Notes under the pieces: model-generated
Database searches by the model: none
Told to the model about the DNA's origin: nothing
The model's input: the letters and a program-made list of their open reading frames with translations, nothing else
Shown here: positions 18,707 through 28,600 of the stretch, one piece after another
Numbering within the stretch: position 1 is the stretch's first letter
Layout of the letters: each line of letters starts with the position of its first letter
Assembly (NCBI GenBank): GCA_020722765.1
Contig: DYKD01000008.1
Coordinates: 1,304 to 65,303, forward strand
DNA length: 64,000 nt
Reading direction: 5' to 3'
DNA from: Brevinema andersonii
GTDB taxonomy: Bacteria; Spirochaetota; DYKD01
Program-made: the position numbers and the translations under genes

Positions 18707-21700
18707 ATGTTTACAAAAAATATGAAAATAATATTTTTGCCTGTTGCACTGCTTGTTTATGCAAATATTTCCTATGGACAGTTTATGACAAATACTCCTG
18801 CAACATCAATATTAGAATTTAGCGTATTTGCAACCGCTAGTAATATGACGTCCATGGTGAGTAATGTCGTCATGACCAATAAGGTTGCCAGCAATTATGG
18901 GGGGCGTTTATTAACGATTTCCACGGATAGGGCAGCTATTATCCTCTTGAAGACTAATAAGACAACAAATTATCTGAAAAATTTAGGCAACCACGATGAT
19001 ACATTCAGATTGCGAATTATTAAGACAAATCTCAGTGTGGCTGGCCTTAAATTCAGATATTGGTTTGAGGATATTAATGGAATAAAAATAAGCAATTTAG
19101 GCCCAATCCCACGTCATTCTACAAACAAGTTCAAATTTAATGTTGTTTTTTCCAATGGGAACATGCCAAATCATGTTGAATTCCGTCTTGGTGCCCAGTC
19201 AATGATGGGAATGAACACATTTTCCACAGCCTACACAGGTGATTACAATGCCATCAAATATGGAGGGGATATTGGGAAATCAGGATTAAAAGGGGTTGTT
19301 CCTCAAACAAATGCGCCCTATCAGAATGACAGCTTCATAAGATTTTCAATAGGAGATAACACTCCGCCAACCTGGGTTACGTTATACAAGCCTTACACGA
19401 ATACGTATACTAATAATACAACAGTCTATTTCTGTTGGGGAAAAGCCAGCGATCTGGAGAGTGACATAGCTGGATATCAGATTGAAGTGGATGATGATCC
19501 AAGTTTCGCATTCCCTGAAAAATCATCAAATATAGTTGACTCCACAATAACAAACTGTACGTTGACATTGACAGAAGGATTGAAATATTGGCGCGTGCGG
19601 GCACTGAATGGTGCAGGCATGTATAGTACTACGAATAGGGTATGGAATTTCAAAATTGACACAATTTTACCAACAGCACCGCTCCTAGTATTTCCCAAGA
19701 ACAATACATGCACGAACAACGGATCATTGAACATCAGATGGACGAAGTCGTCAGATGCAGGAAGCGGAATATCAAACTATCATGTTGTCATGTCATCGAA
19801 CAACTGGTCAAGCACACAGAGAAGCATGTGGTCAGGCAGCAGTGGAACAACGAATATAGTACTGGTACTAGGTAACAGCTTATGGAGATGGAAAGTGCTT
19901 GCAAAAGATAAGGATGGTAACATCGGGCTATACAGTGGTGTGAGTAACTTCACTGTTGATACACTCGCACCCAATGCACCCACCTTGTCAGTGCCACTCA
20001 ACAATGTGATGACGAATACGGGAGTCCTCTCGTTCAGGTGGAATAAGACAACAGACAACGGATTGGCTGGAATCACGAACTATCATATCGTGATGTCATC
20101 GAACAACTGGATTTCCACACAGAAAAGTGTCTGGTCAGGCAGCAGTGAAACCACAAACATAGCCTTGACACTCGGTAACAGTCTGTGGAGATGGAAAGTC
20201 ATAGCAAAGGACAAGGCAGGAAACACAAACATTTCAGCTGTTTCCACTTTCATCATTGATACACAAGCCCCCAATGTTACACTCTTGAGCAGTCCTTCGA
20301 ATAACACGATGACAAATACCGGCAACATCACTTTCAATTGGTATAAACCTCTTGATAATGGCTTGACAGGCATTTCCAATTACATGTTGATCATATCTTC
20401 CAATAATTTCGTATCAACACAGAGAAGCTACAATGTGATTGGAAGCAACCAGCTCAGTTATGTCCCTGCTCCCTTGAGTGCGGGAGTCTGGACATGGAGA
20501 GTGGCAGCTGTCGACAAAGTGAACAATGTCGGAACATGGAGTGCTGTGTGGACAAACACAATAGATCTTATCGTTCCTTCAATTTCCTTGATTTCACCCA
20601 CAAATCAGTCCATCCTGGATATGACAAATGTGACTCTCCTGTGGAGTTCAAGCGATGATTTGACTGGTGTAACAGAGACTACTCTTGCAGTCTATACAAA
20701 CGGTGTAAATTACATACTTACAAATCTCCTTGTATCAACCCAGTATGTTGATGTCTTTACTGGTACAAACTATACCTGGAGAGTTCGTGTCCAGGATAAA
20801 GCTGGAAATACGAACTGGAGCGTTTTGAATGCTTTTCGCATACGGCTTGCAGACCACATGCCACCAACCGCTGTCAGTCTGATAGGACCAACGAATCATA
20901 GTTGGACTTCAAACCTCCAGAGTTCTTATGGTTGGACAAGATCTACAGACTTAAGCGGAACTGTTACAAATTACAGGATTGAACTCTCTACAGACAATTT
21001 TATGACTGTTGTCATTGCTTCAAATATCACTACGACTAATGCAGTTGTTTCTGTGACAGGTGAGGGGTCATGGTACTGGAGAATCTGGAGTTTCGATGCT
21101 TCTGGAAACAGCAATGTTTCCATGTCTTTTACGAACAATATTGACAGGACAGCACCCTTTATCTCACTCTTAACCCCATCAGACAACGGATTGCTCCTGC
21201 AGAATGATGTCACATTCAATTGGAGTGCCAATGATGGATTAGGTATTGGAGTCCAGGATTATCTGCTTCAAATAAGTGCCGATGATTTTGTGACAGTTTT
21301 TAAATTTACAAATCTCACAGGAACAGCCAGCCAGCTCACATTGACAAACGACACTTGGCAGTGGAGAGTCAGGGCCGTTGATCAGCTTGGAAATGCACGT
21401 TACTCTGTAACAAACACTTTCGAAGTGAGACCCTATTTCGCTTCTGTTACTGGAAATATCCGTGTCACTGATGGAGTCCATGACATAGTGATTGGAAGTT
21501 CATCAGCAGACACCAATCAGCGGGTGGCAGGAAATACGGGAGTGAAGATTTTTATCCCTATGGGAGGCGATGTCAATCCTTCCAGTTCTATACAAATCTA
21601 TTACACCTTGGACGGATCAATTCCGATGACAAATGTCAATCCTCTTACGGCAACCTGGAATGGGACAATGTGGCTGGTAGACATTCCTGATGCTATCACC

Positions 21701-22102
21701 ATAAATTCTGTTGGCAATGTTTTCAAATTCAGAATCATGGCTGATGGATATTCTATCACTAACAGCATGACCGCTGATAACTCATGGGGTTTCAGGATCG
21801 CTGAGATTGAAGAACAGCAGAACAGCATCACTGTGATACCGACAATCATGGATTCTGCTTCGGGTGTGCCGTTGAGTATTATTTATAAGACAACAAAGAA
21901 GACCCGGGTTTTCGTATCCGTTTATAATATAAGCGGAGATCTTGTGAGAAACATCGTGGATGAGACGCAGGATGCAGACACTTATGTGGCTCATTGGGAT
22001 GGCAGGAACATCAGGGATCAGGAGGTAGGTGGAGGAATCTACTTCATCATTGTCAAGTTCGATGATGATCGTCCTGCGATCAGAAAGGTGGTGGTAAAAT
22101 GA
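18707..22102 (+). CDS. Large secreted Ig/FN3-like repeat protein with a C-terminal FlgD-Ig/T9SS-type sorting domain
   Basis: Signal peptide; seven ~100-aa D-x-x-x-P...W...WRVRA-x-D-x-x-GN repeats; C-terminal VYNISGDLVR...WDGRN...GGIYFI...RKVVVK. Confidence 0.8.
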   Translation: MFTKNMKIIFLPVALLVYANISYGQFMTNTPATSILEFSVFATASNMTSMVSNVVMTNKVASNYGGRLLTISTDRAAIILLKTNKTTNYLKNLGNHDDTFRLRIIKTNLSVAGLKFRYWFEDINGIKISNLGPIPRHSTNKFKFNVVFSNGNMPNHVEFRLGAQSMMGMNTFSTAYTGDYNAIKYGGDIGKSGLKGVVPQTNAPYQNDSFIRFSIGDNTPPTWVTLYKPYTNTYTNNTTVYFCWGKASDLESDIAGYQIEVDDDPSFAFPEKSSNIVDSTITNCTLTLTEGLKYWRVRALNGAGMYSTTNRVWNFKIDTILPTAPLLVFPKNNTCTNNGSLNIRWTKSSDAGSGISNYHVVMSSNNWSSTQRSMWSGSSGTTNIVLVLGNSLWRWKVLAKDKDGNIGLYSGVSNFTVDTLAPNAPTLSVPLNNVMTNTGVLSFRWNKTTDNGLAGITNYHIVMSSNNWISTQKSVWSGSSETTNIALTLGNSLWRWKVIAKDKAGNTNISAVSTFIIDTQAPNVTLLSSPSNNTMTNTGNITFNWYKPLDNGLTGISNYMLIISSNNFVSTQRSYNVIGSNQLSYVPAPLSAGVWTWRVAAVDKVNNVGTWSAVWTNTIDLIVPSISLISPTNQSILDMTNVTLLWSSSDDLTGVTETTLAVYTNGVNYILTNLLVSTQYVDVFTGTNYTWRVRVQDKAGNTNWSVLNAFRIRLADHMPPTAVSLIGPTNHSWTSNLQSSYGWTRSTDLSGTVTNYRIELSTDNFMTVVIASNITTTNAVVSVTGEGSWYWRIWSFDASGNSNVSMSFTNNIDRTAPFISLLTPSDNGLLLQNDVTFNWSANDGLGIGVQDYLLQISADDFVTVFKFTNLTGTASQLTLTNDTWQWRVRAVDQLGNARYSVTNTFEVRPYFASVTGNIRVTDGVHDIVIGSSSADTNQRVAGNTGVKIFIPMGGDVNPSSSIQIYYTLDGSIPMTNVNPLTATWNGTMWLVDIPDAITINSVGNVFKFRIMADGYSITNSMTADNSWGFRIAEIEEQQNSITVIPTIMDSASGVPLSIIYKTTKKTRVFVSVYNISGDLVRNIVDETQDADTYVAHWDGRNIRDQEVGGGIYFIIVKFDDDRPAIRKVVVK
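19355..21430 (+). repeat. Seven ~300-bp intragenic Ig-like repeats
   Basis: Units start at 19355, 19658, 19958, 20258, 20564, 20852 and 21143; units 2 and 3 share long DNA matches. Confidence 0.8.
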
Positions 22103-23382
22103 AAAAACTATTGATAATCACTCTTTTATTCTCTGTCTCTTTGGTCAATGCTGAAGTCCTCACAACAGGAGCAGATTTTCTTAAGATTACCCTTGGTGGA
22201 AGGAACGCAGGAATGGGAGAGGCAACTGGCGCCATTAGCGATGATATAGAGGCGTTGAGTGTGAATGTTGCCGGCATCTCACGTATTAAGCGGATGCAAT
22301 TCCTGTACGAACATTCAGAATGGTTTGAAAGCGTCAATTATGAGGGGTTTGCCGCAGCCATACCACTCGATTATATTGTCCCTGGCCGCATCCTGCCCGG
22401 TGTTGTTGCTGTTGGATATCAGCTGCTCTATATCCCGCAGTCACAATTCCCTAACTATGATGATTGGGGTCTCCTCCTGCCAAGCAACATCGGATTCAGT
22501 AGCTTCAAGCTAAGTACAGGATATGCTTTGGGTGTTTTCCAGAATAACTGGATCTATCTCTCAGCAGGTGGTACAATTGCAGTCGTAGGCAAGAAAGTGC
22601 AGAACGGTGATACTGATCTTGTTGGTCAATCCAAGCCAGGCATCGATCTTGGACTCACATCTGTGATATCCCACAACGACCCGAGATTAAAAAAATATAT
22701 AGGAGAGACGTTCAATGCATCTCTCCTCGTCCAGAACATCGATTTTCTCCAGTCTGGCGTCAATGAGAGTCTTCCCTTTCAGATACGGGCAGGGCTTGGT
22801 TTCAGGATTTATAATCTTGTTAACCTGGGTTTTGAAGGCTTGAAATATATTGACACTCCCTTCAGATTCAACATCGGTCTTGAAGGATGGATTAAGGATT
22901 TAGTTGCGATTCGTGCAGGAACAAAGCTTGGTTCCGACCAGTTGAGCCATTTCAACCTTGGTTTTGGAGTCAAGTATAAAATAAAGAAAACCAAGCTTGC
23001 TATGGATTATGCTCTTGTTCCTTTTGAGCACCTCGGCATGACGCATCGGTTTACACTTAAGGCTGATGTGGGTAAGATGACCATAACAATCCCAGATAAG
23101 ACGGATATCATGTATTATAGGGGAGTTGATTATTTTATCCAGAGTGATTATGAGAACGCTATTGAGATGTGGGAAAAAGTCCTTAAAAAAAATCCCGGTC
23201 ATCTGAAATCCAAAAATCGGCTAAAAGAAGTCCAAAAAATCATCAAATACCAGGAAAAAGAGAAAGAGTTAAAGGACCTCCAAAATCGTTTTGAACAATA
23301 TCAATTGGAACAACAGAAAAAAGACAACATTATCAGAGAAAAATCTTCCAACAAAAAAATGAAACAAAATCATAGGAAATAG
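22099..23382 (+). CDS. PorV/PorQ-like (UPF0164, FadL-like) outer-membrane barrel with a C-terminal TPR/coiled coil
   Basis: TTGADFLKITLGGRNAGMGEA..AISDD...NVAG; DYALVPF..LG.THRF; then YYRGVDYF...AIEMWEKVL; ATGA overlap with the upstream gene. Confidence 0.8.
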   Translation: MKKLLIITLLFSVSLVNAEVLTTGADFLKITLGGRNAGMGEATGAISDDIEALSVNVAGISRIKRMQFLYEHSEWFESVNYEGFAAAIPLDYIVPGRILPGVVAVGYQLLYIPQSQFPNYDDWGLLLPSNIGFSSFKLSTGYALGVFQNNWIYLSAGGTIAVVGKKVQNGDTDLVGQSKPGIDLGLTSVISHNDPRLKKYIGETFNASLLVQNIDFLQSGVNESLPFQIRAGLGFRIYNLVNLGFEGLKYIDTPFRFNIGLEGWIKDLVAIRAGTKLGSDQLSHFNLGFGVKYKIKKTKLAMDYALVPFEHLGMTHRFTLKADVGKMTITIPDKTDIMYYRGVDYFIQSDYENAIEMWEKVLKKNPGHLKSKNRLKEVQKIIKYQEKEKELKDLQNRFEQYQLEQQKKDNIIREKSSNKKMKQNHRK

Positions 23383-23435
23383 GATCATAATCCATTTTTA
23401 TAAGTTTTTTTATACACAAAACCATATCACAAAAA

Positions 23436-23861
23436 TCAAATTCCACCCTTTGACATTATTTTCGAGAAAACCCTGTCCATAACCTTCATGGAGTTACGGC
23501 GAAGCTGACATTCCCAAATGGTCATCACAGACCAACCAAGACGGCGCAACTGCCGTATACATTTCCTGTCACGCTCCCTATTGCTCTCAATCTTCTTCTT
23601 CCAAAACGCTTTCCTTGACTTTGGCATCCTAAAAATCTTGCATCTGCTATGGCCATGCCAGAAACATCCATTTATGAAAAGAATCAATTTTTGTGCTGGC
23701 AGGACAATATCAGGAGTTCCAGGCAGAGATTTTTTATTTGCGGAAAACCTGATCCCGTTCTTTCGCAGGATGCTTTTCACGATCCTCTCAGGTTGCGTGT
23801 TCTTCCCCCTGATCCGGCTCATTATGTAGGAACGCTTCTCCGCAGTGAAAATATCAACCAT
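23436..23861 (-). CDS. vsr: Very-short-patch repair endonuclease
   Basis: RSYIMSRIRGKNTQPE, LPGTPDIV, GCFWHGH, WKKKIESNRERD, IWECQ. Confidence 0.93.
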   Translation of the reverse strand: MVDIFTAEKRSYIMSRIRGKNTQPERIVKSILRKNGIRFSANKKSLPGTPDIVLPAQKLILFINGCFWHGHSRCKIFRMPKSRKAFWKKKIESNRERDRKCIRQLRRLGWSVMTIWECQLRRNSMKVMDRVFSKIMSKGGI

Positions 23862-25335
23862 GCCGCATGTTACCTGCAAGACGGGCAGTCAGACAAGCGG
23901 TTTTCGTGGAACCAAAACCGACATTCAATGAGCGTCTCATCCTCAACTGGTCTCCCTTAAAATGAAAACTTGTTTTTTGGATGAATGGTGTTTCAAACAT
24001 ACATGTTGTTACAACCAGGATATCTTGCCGGATCCAGGCATACCTGCATCTTACAGACACTTCCTTTTCTGTCCTCATTCCAGGAATGCCTGCCGACATG
24101 AACAACCCGGAAGGCATAAATTTTTTTCTGCCCCAATCCTCATATCCACATGAAATCAGGAAGACTTTCCCGTTTTTCTCAAATACAATCTCCAAATCTT
24201 TTTTCTTATTTCTGAACATGATAGTCTGAAACAACCTGTCATTCTTTTTGAAAATAAATTCCCTTCCCATCATTTTTCCCTGCCAAGGGGAACTTTTCAA
24301 ACCAGTCACAGAATCCAACATCAAGGATTTCTCTTTTTTTCTAAGAAGCTGAAGGGATTTCTTATCAATCTCTTTTTTCAAAGAAGAAATTCCCGGTAGA
24401 ACCGTTTTCCAGAATGACTTCAGTATTCCACCCATGTTAGGGATACCTGCAGTACAAATAAAAACCGTATCTAAGTCAGACATCACTACACAATACTGGC
24501 CGAAAGCGCCATCCCCCCTGTAAAAACCATGTGTGCAACGCCAGAACTGATATCCATATCCTTGCGCCCAGTCATTAGCTGGATCTGCCGCTGGATCTCC
24601 TGTCTCAACCTGTTTTGATGTGGCTTTCTCAATCCAAGATTCAGGAACCAACTTTTTCCCATGCCAAGTTCCTTTCCAGAGACATAACAGACCGAATTTT
24701 GCAATATCCTCAGTTGTCAAAGACAAACCCCATCCACCTGTATTGATTCCTGCTGGGCAGGAATCCCATGTTAACTTCCCAAATCCCATAGGATCAAACA
24801 ACCTTGTTTTCAAATATTGGACAAGTGTTTCTCCTGTCACTTTCTGCAAAATCGCAGATAACATATATGTAGCACAGCTGTTATATGTGAATTTTGTTCC
24901 TGGTCGATGTTCCACTGGAAGATTAAGAAATTCTTTTACCCAATCTTTTGAAATGACAACCTTTCCTGTAGTATCAATTTCATGTCCCGTTGTCATTGTC
25001 AGAAGATGCCTGATTGTCATCTCCTGTAGATGGGCAGACGGATTTTCAGGGACCTTATCTGGAAAAAAGGAGAACACCCTATCTTCTATCGAAAGTCGCC
25101 CTTCATAAATTGCCAGACCTGTTGCTATTGAAGTGAAACTCTTGCTCAATGAATTCAAAAGATGCACTGTTCCAGATGCATAGGGCTTCCACCAGCCTTC
25201 AGAAACAACTTTTCCATGCCTCAACAACATGAAACTATGCAAACCAAGTTTTTTCGTAGTTTCCAAAAACTTGAGTATTGAACGTGAGGAGATTCCTTCT
25301 ATTTCAGGTACAGACCTGGGTATTTTAGTTTTCAA
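23854..25335 (-). CDS. Serine hydrolase, beta-lactamase class C-like family
   Basis: SLSKS (SxxK), HLLTMTTG, FTYNS, GYGYQFW, GDGAFGQ; TTG start after AGGAG; no signal peptide. Confidence 0.85.
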   Translation of the reverse strand: MKTKIPRSVPEIEGISSRSILKFLETTKKLGLHSFMLLRHGKVVSEGWWKPYASGTVHLLNSLSKSFTSIATGLAIYEGRLSIEDRVFSFFPDKVPENPSAHLQEMTIRHLLTMTTGHEIDTTGKVVISKDWVKEFLNLPVEHRPGTKFTYNSCATYMLSAILQKVTGETLVQYLKTRLFDPMGFGKLTWDSCPAGINTGGWGLSLTTEDIAKFGLLCLWKGTWHGKKLVPESWIEKATSKQVETGDPAADPANDWAQGYGYQFWRCTHGFYRGDGAFGQYCVVMSDLDTVFICTAGIPNMGGILKSFWKTVLPGISSLKKEIDKKSLQLLRKKEKSLMLDSVTGLKSSPWQGKMMGREFIFKKNDRLFQTIMFRNKKKDLEIVFEKNGKVFLISCGYEDWGRKKFMPSGLFMSAGIPGMRTEKEVSVRCRYAWIRQDILVVTTCMFETPFIQKTSFHFKGDQLRMRRSLNVGFGSTKTACLTARLAGNMRHG

Positions 25336-25670
25336 AATATCACTCCTATATACAGATAATGATCCAGCTTAATATATTCCCGTCTGCCCCTACTTTCAAC
25401 TACACAAGATTATGAGAACATCCTAAACTATGAATGGTTAAAACAATAATCCCATACTATTTCAATATGAATTAACTCCCATTTATACTCTGTTTTTTAA
25501 ACTAAAAAAATCATCTCAAAACAACTGTTCTTATAGTGCATATTATGTCCCAAAAATATTGAAACCCTATAAAACAAAAATATCTTGTCTTTACTCATTT
25601 TCTTCGTTAAATTATACGCTCTTGTTTTATAGGGTTGACTATGACCCTACCACTTTAGGAGGTTCCTACT

Positions 25671-28600
25671 TTGTCCAACGAAAACACAAATCCCAAGCAT
25701 GAGGAAGCCATTGGTATCTGCCTCGGTGCTTCCACATTTTCCATGGTTCAGATCGAAAAAGACGGTCATGACATAAAAGTCAAAAACATCACCATTGATG
25801 AACACAATGGCGATCCCAAAGGAACATTTTCCAAACACCTTGACCAGCAGGATTTGAATGGCAAGTACATAGCTATCACAGGAAGGAAGTTCCGTGAAAT
25901 AACAAATATTCCCTCACTCATAGAACCAGAAGCAACAGAAATCGCGTACCGCCATCTTACACATGGCCACAAGAAACATGATGCCATTGTCTCAGCTGGT
26001 GGCGAAACATTCATCGTATATGAGATTGACAATAAAGGAAAAGTATCCCGCATCAGTTCTGGAAACAAATGCGCTTCAGGAACAGGAGAATTTTTCTTGC
26101 AGCAGATCAGGCGTATGAACGTCTCCATTGGAGAAGCGGTTGAACTCGCCCGCTCTTCTAAAAAACCACATGAACTTTCTGGCAGATGTTCCGTATTCTG
26201 CAAATCGGACTGTACTCACGCATTAAACAAGGGTGAAAGCATTGCAGATGTTGCTGCTGGTCTTTCCCAAATGATCGCAAAAAAAATCGATGAGCTCCTT
26301 GTCAAGATAGGTGCCAAGAAAGTTCTCATAGTTGGCGGAACAGCACAGAACGATGTAGTCATCAACCTTGTAAGGAAGAATTTTGAAAAGGTGGACACTC
26401 CCAAAGAAGCACCCTATTTTGAAGCTTTGGGCGCGGCTCTTTGGGCCATGGAAAAGAAACAGGACAAAATCCCTGAAAAAGGGGATTACTTTAAAGAGCT
26501 CAAATCCTCTTTTGAAAAGCTCAAACCTCTCTCTGAATTTCTCCCCATGGTAGATTTTAAAGAGATGCCTTTTGAACAAGCACAGGAGAACGATGAATGC
26601 ATCATTGGGTTAGATGTTGGTTCGACAACTACAAAGATCGTACTTCTCCGTACTTCAGATGAAAAGATTTTGGTTGCCAAATATTTGCGCACGAATGGAA
26701 ATCCCATTGAAGCGTCCAAACAATGTTATGCTGCTGTCATAGAACAGCTTGGTCATGTCAACGTCAAGATCATAGGCTTGGGCGTTACAGGTAGCGGACG
26801 TTATATTGCTGGTCTTCATGCCGAGACAGAAGGCATCATCAATGAAATCATAGCCCATGCAAAAGCCGCTGCGCATTTCGACAATGGCGTGGATACGATT
26901 TTTGAAATTGGTGGACAAGACGCTAAATACACTCATCTCACAAACGGAGTCGCTTCCGATTATGCCATGAACGAAGCGTGTTCAGCAGGAACGGGAAGTT
27001 TTCTTGAAGAATCCGCCTTCGAAACACTCAATGTTAAGATGGAAGACATCGCCCCCATTGCGTTAAAAGCAGATTCTCCGCCCAACTTTTCTGATCAATG
27101 CGCTGCATTCATATCTTCGGACATAAACACAGCATTACAGGAAGGTATAAGCAAAGAGAATATCATAGCAGGACTTGTCTATTCCATCTGTATTAACTAT
27201 GTGAATCGCGTCAAGGGATCACGGCAAACAGGACACAAGATTTTCATGCAGGGGGGGGTCTGTTACAACAAGGCTGTTCCCGTAGCGATGGCAGCTCTCA
27301 CAGGAAAGACAATCATTGTGCCTCCACATCCAGGACTCATGGGTTCCTATGGCGTTGCACTTGAAGTGAAGGACATGATTGAGCTTGGCTTTCTACACAA
27401 AAAAGGATTTAACTTAAAAGACTTAGCACACAGAGATGTCACATACGGAAAACCTTTCATTTGCCAAGGTGCGGCTGAACACTGTGACCGCAAGTGTGAA
27501 ATCGCCATGATCAATATCAACAATAAAAAATTCCCTTTTGGTGGAGCTTGCAACAAGTATTACAACGAGATTCACAAAGTTAAATATGATATAACACAAC
27601 TGAATCATATTGAAACAAGACAAAAACTACTCTACAATACTTTTGTTACACCAAGTCCAGACATCAAACCAGATGCCAAAGTTGTTGGTATCAACAGATC
27701 TTTCCATACAAATACACTCTACCCCATGTACTTCAATTTTTTCAATGCACTCGGCTTGAAAGTCATCTTGCCCGATTCTGTACAGCATGAAGGGGTTGAT
27801 AAAGGCATGACAAGTTTTTGTCTCGCAGGTCAGATTGCACTTGGCATGTTTGATGATCTATTACGGAAAAATCCAGACTACGTTTTTGTTCCCCACATAA
27901 AAGAGATGCATGTTTCAGAACAAAAAGAATACCGCATTGAATATCAGACAACATGTATGTTCGTACAGGGAGAACCATGGTATCTACGTGCCACTTTCCT
28001 TCGCGACAAAGAAAATCCTCCCAAACTGATTGCGCCTGTCCTCAATTTTATGGCAGGCTTTGATAAAGAAGAGAAACAATTTATCAAGATTGCAGAAGAT
28101 CTCGGCTTCAGTGCAGCAGAAGGGGAAAAGGCCCATAAAATCGCTTTCCAAAAACAGCAGGAATTTTTCAAAGCCATGAAAGAGGAGGGTTCTCGTATCC
28201 TCAAAAAACTTGAAGAAGATCCAGAGAAACGTGCCATTGTCCTTTTTGGACATCCTTACAGTGCTTTTGCAGACGAAGCGAATAAAGGGGTCCCCTTCAA
28301 ATTTGCCTCTCGCGGTATTGAAATTATTCCTTTCGATTTCCTCATGTATGAAGATGAAGAAAACTATAAGAACACCTATTGGGAAATGGGACAACGCATC
28401 ATCAAGGCAGCACGAATTGTCAAACGTCATCCCCAACTCTTCGGATGTTATCTTACAAACTTCCTTTGCGCTATCGATTCGTTTATGGTGCCACATTTTC
28501 GTGACCTCATGGGAACAAAGCCATCCTTGACTATTGAAGTCGATTCTCACACAGCTGATGCAGGCGTCAACACCCGTATTGAAGCATTCATGGATGTGGT

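Noticed and set aside
23854-25335. Beta-lactam resistance gene
   Set aside because: There is no signal peptide, and it belongs to the broad cytoplasmic esterase/amidase family.
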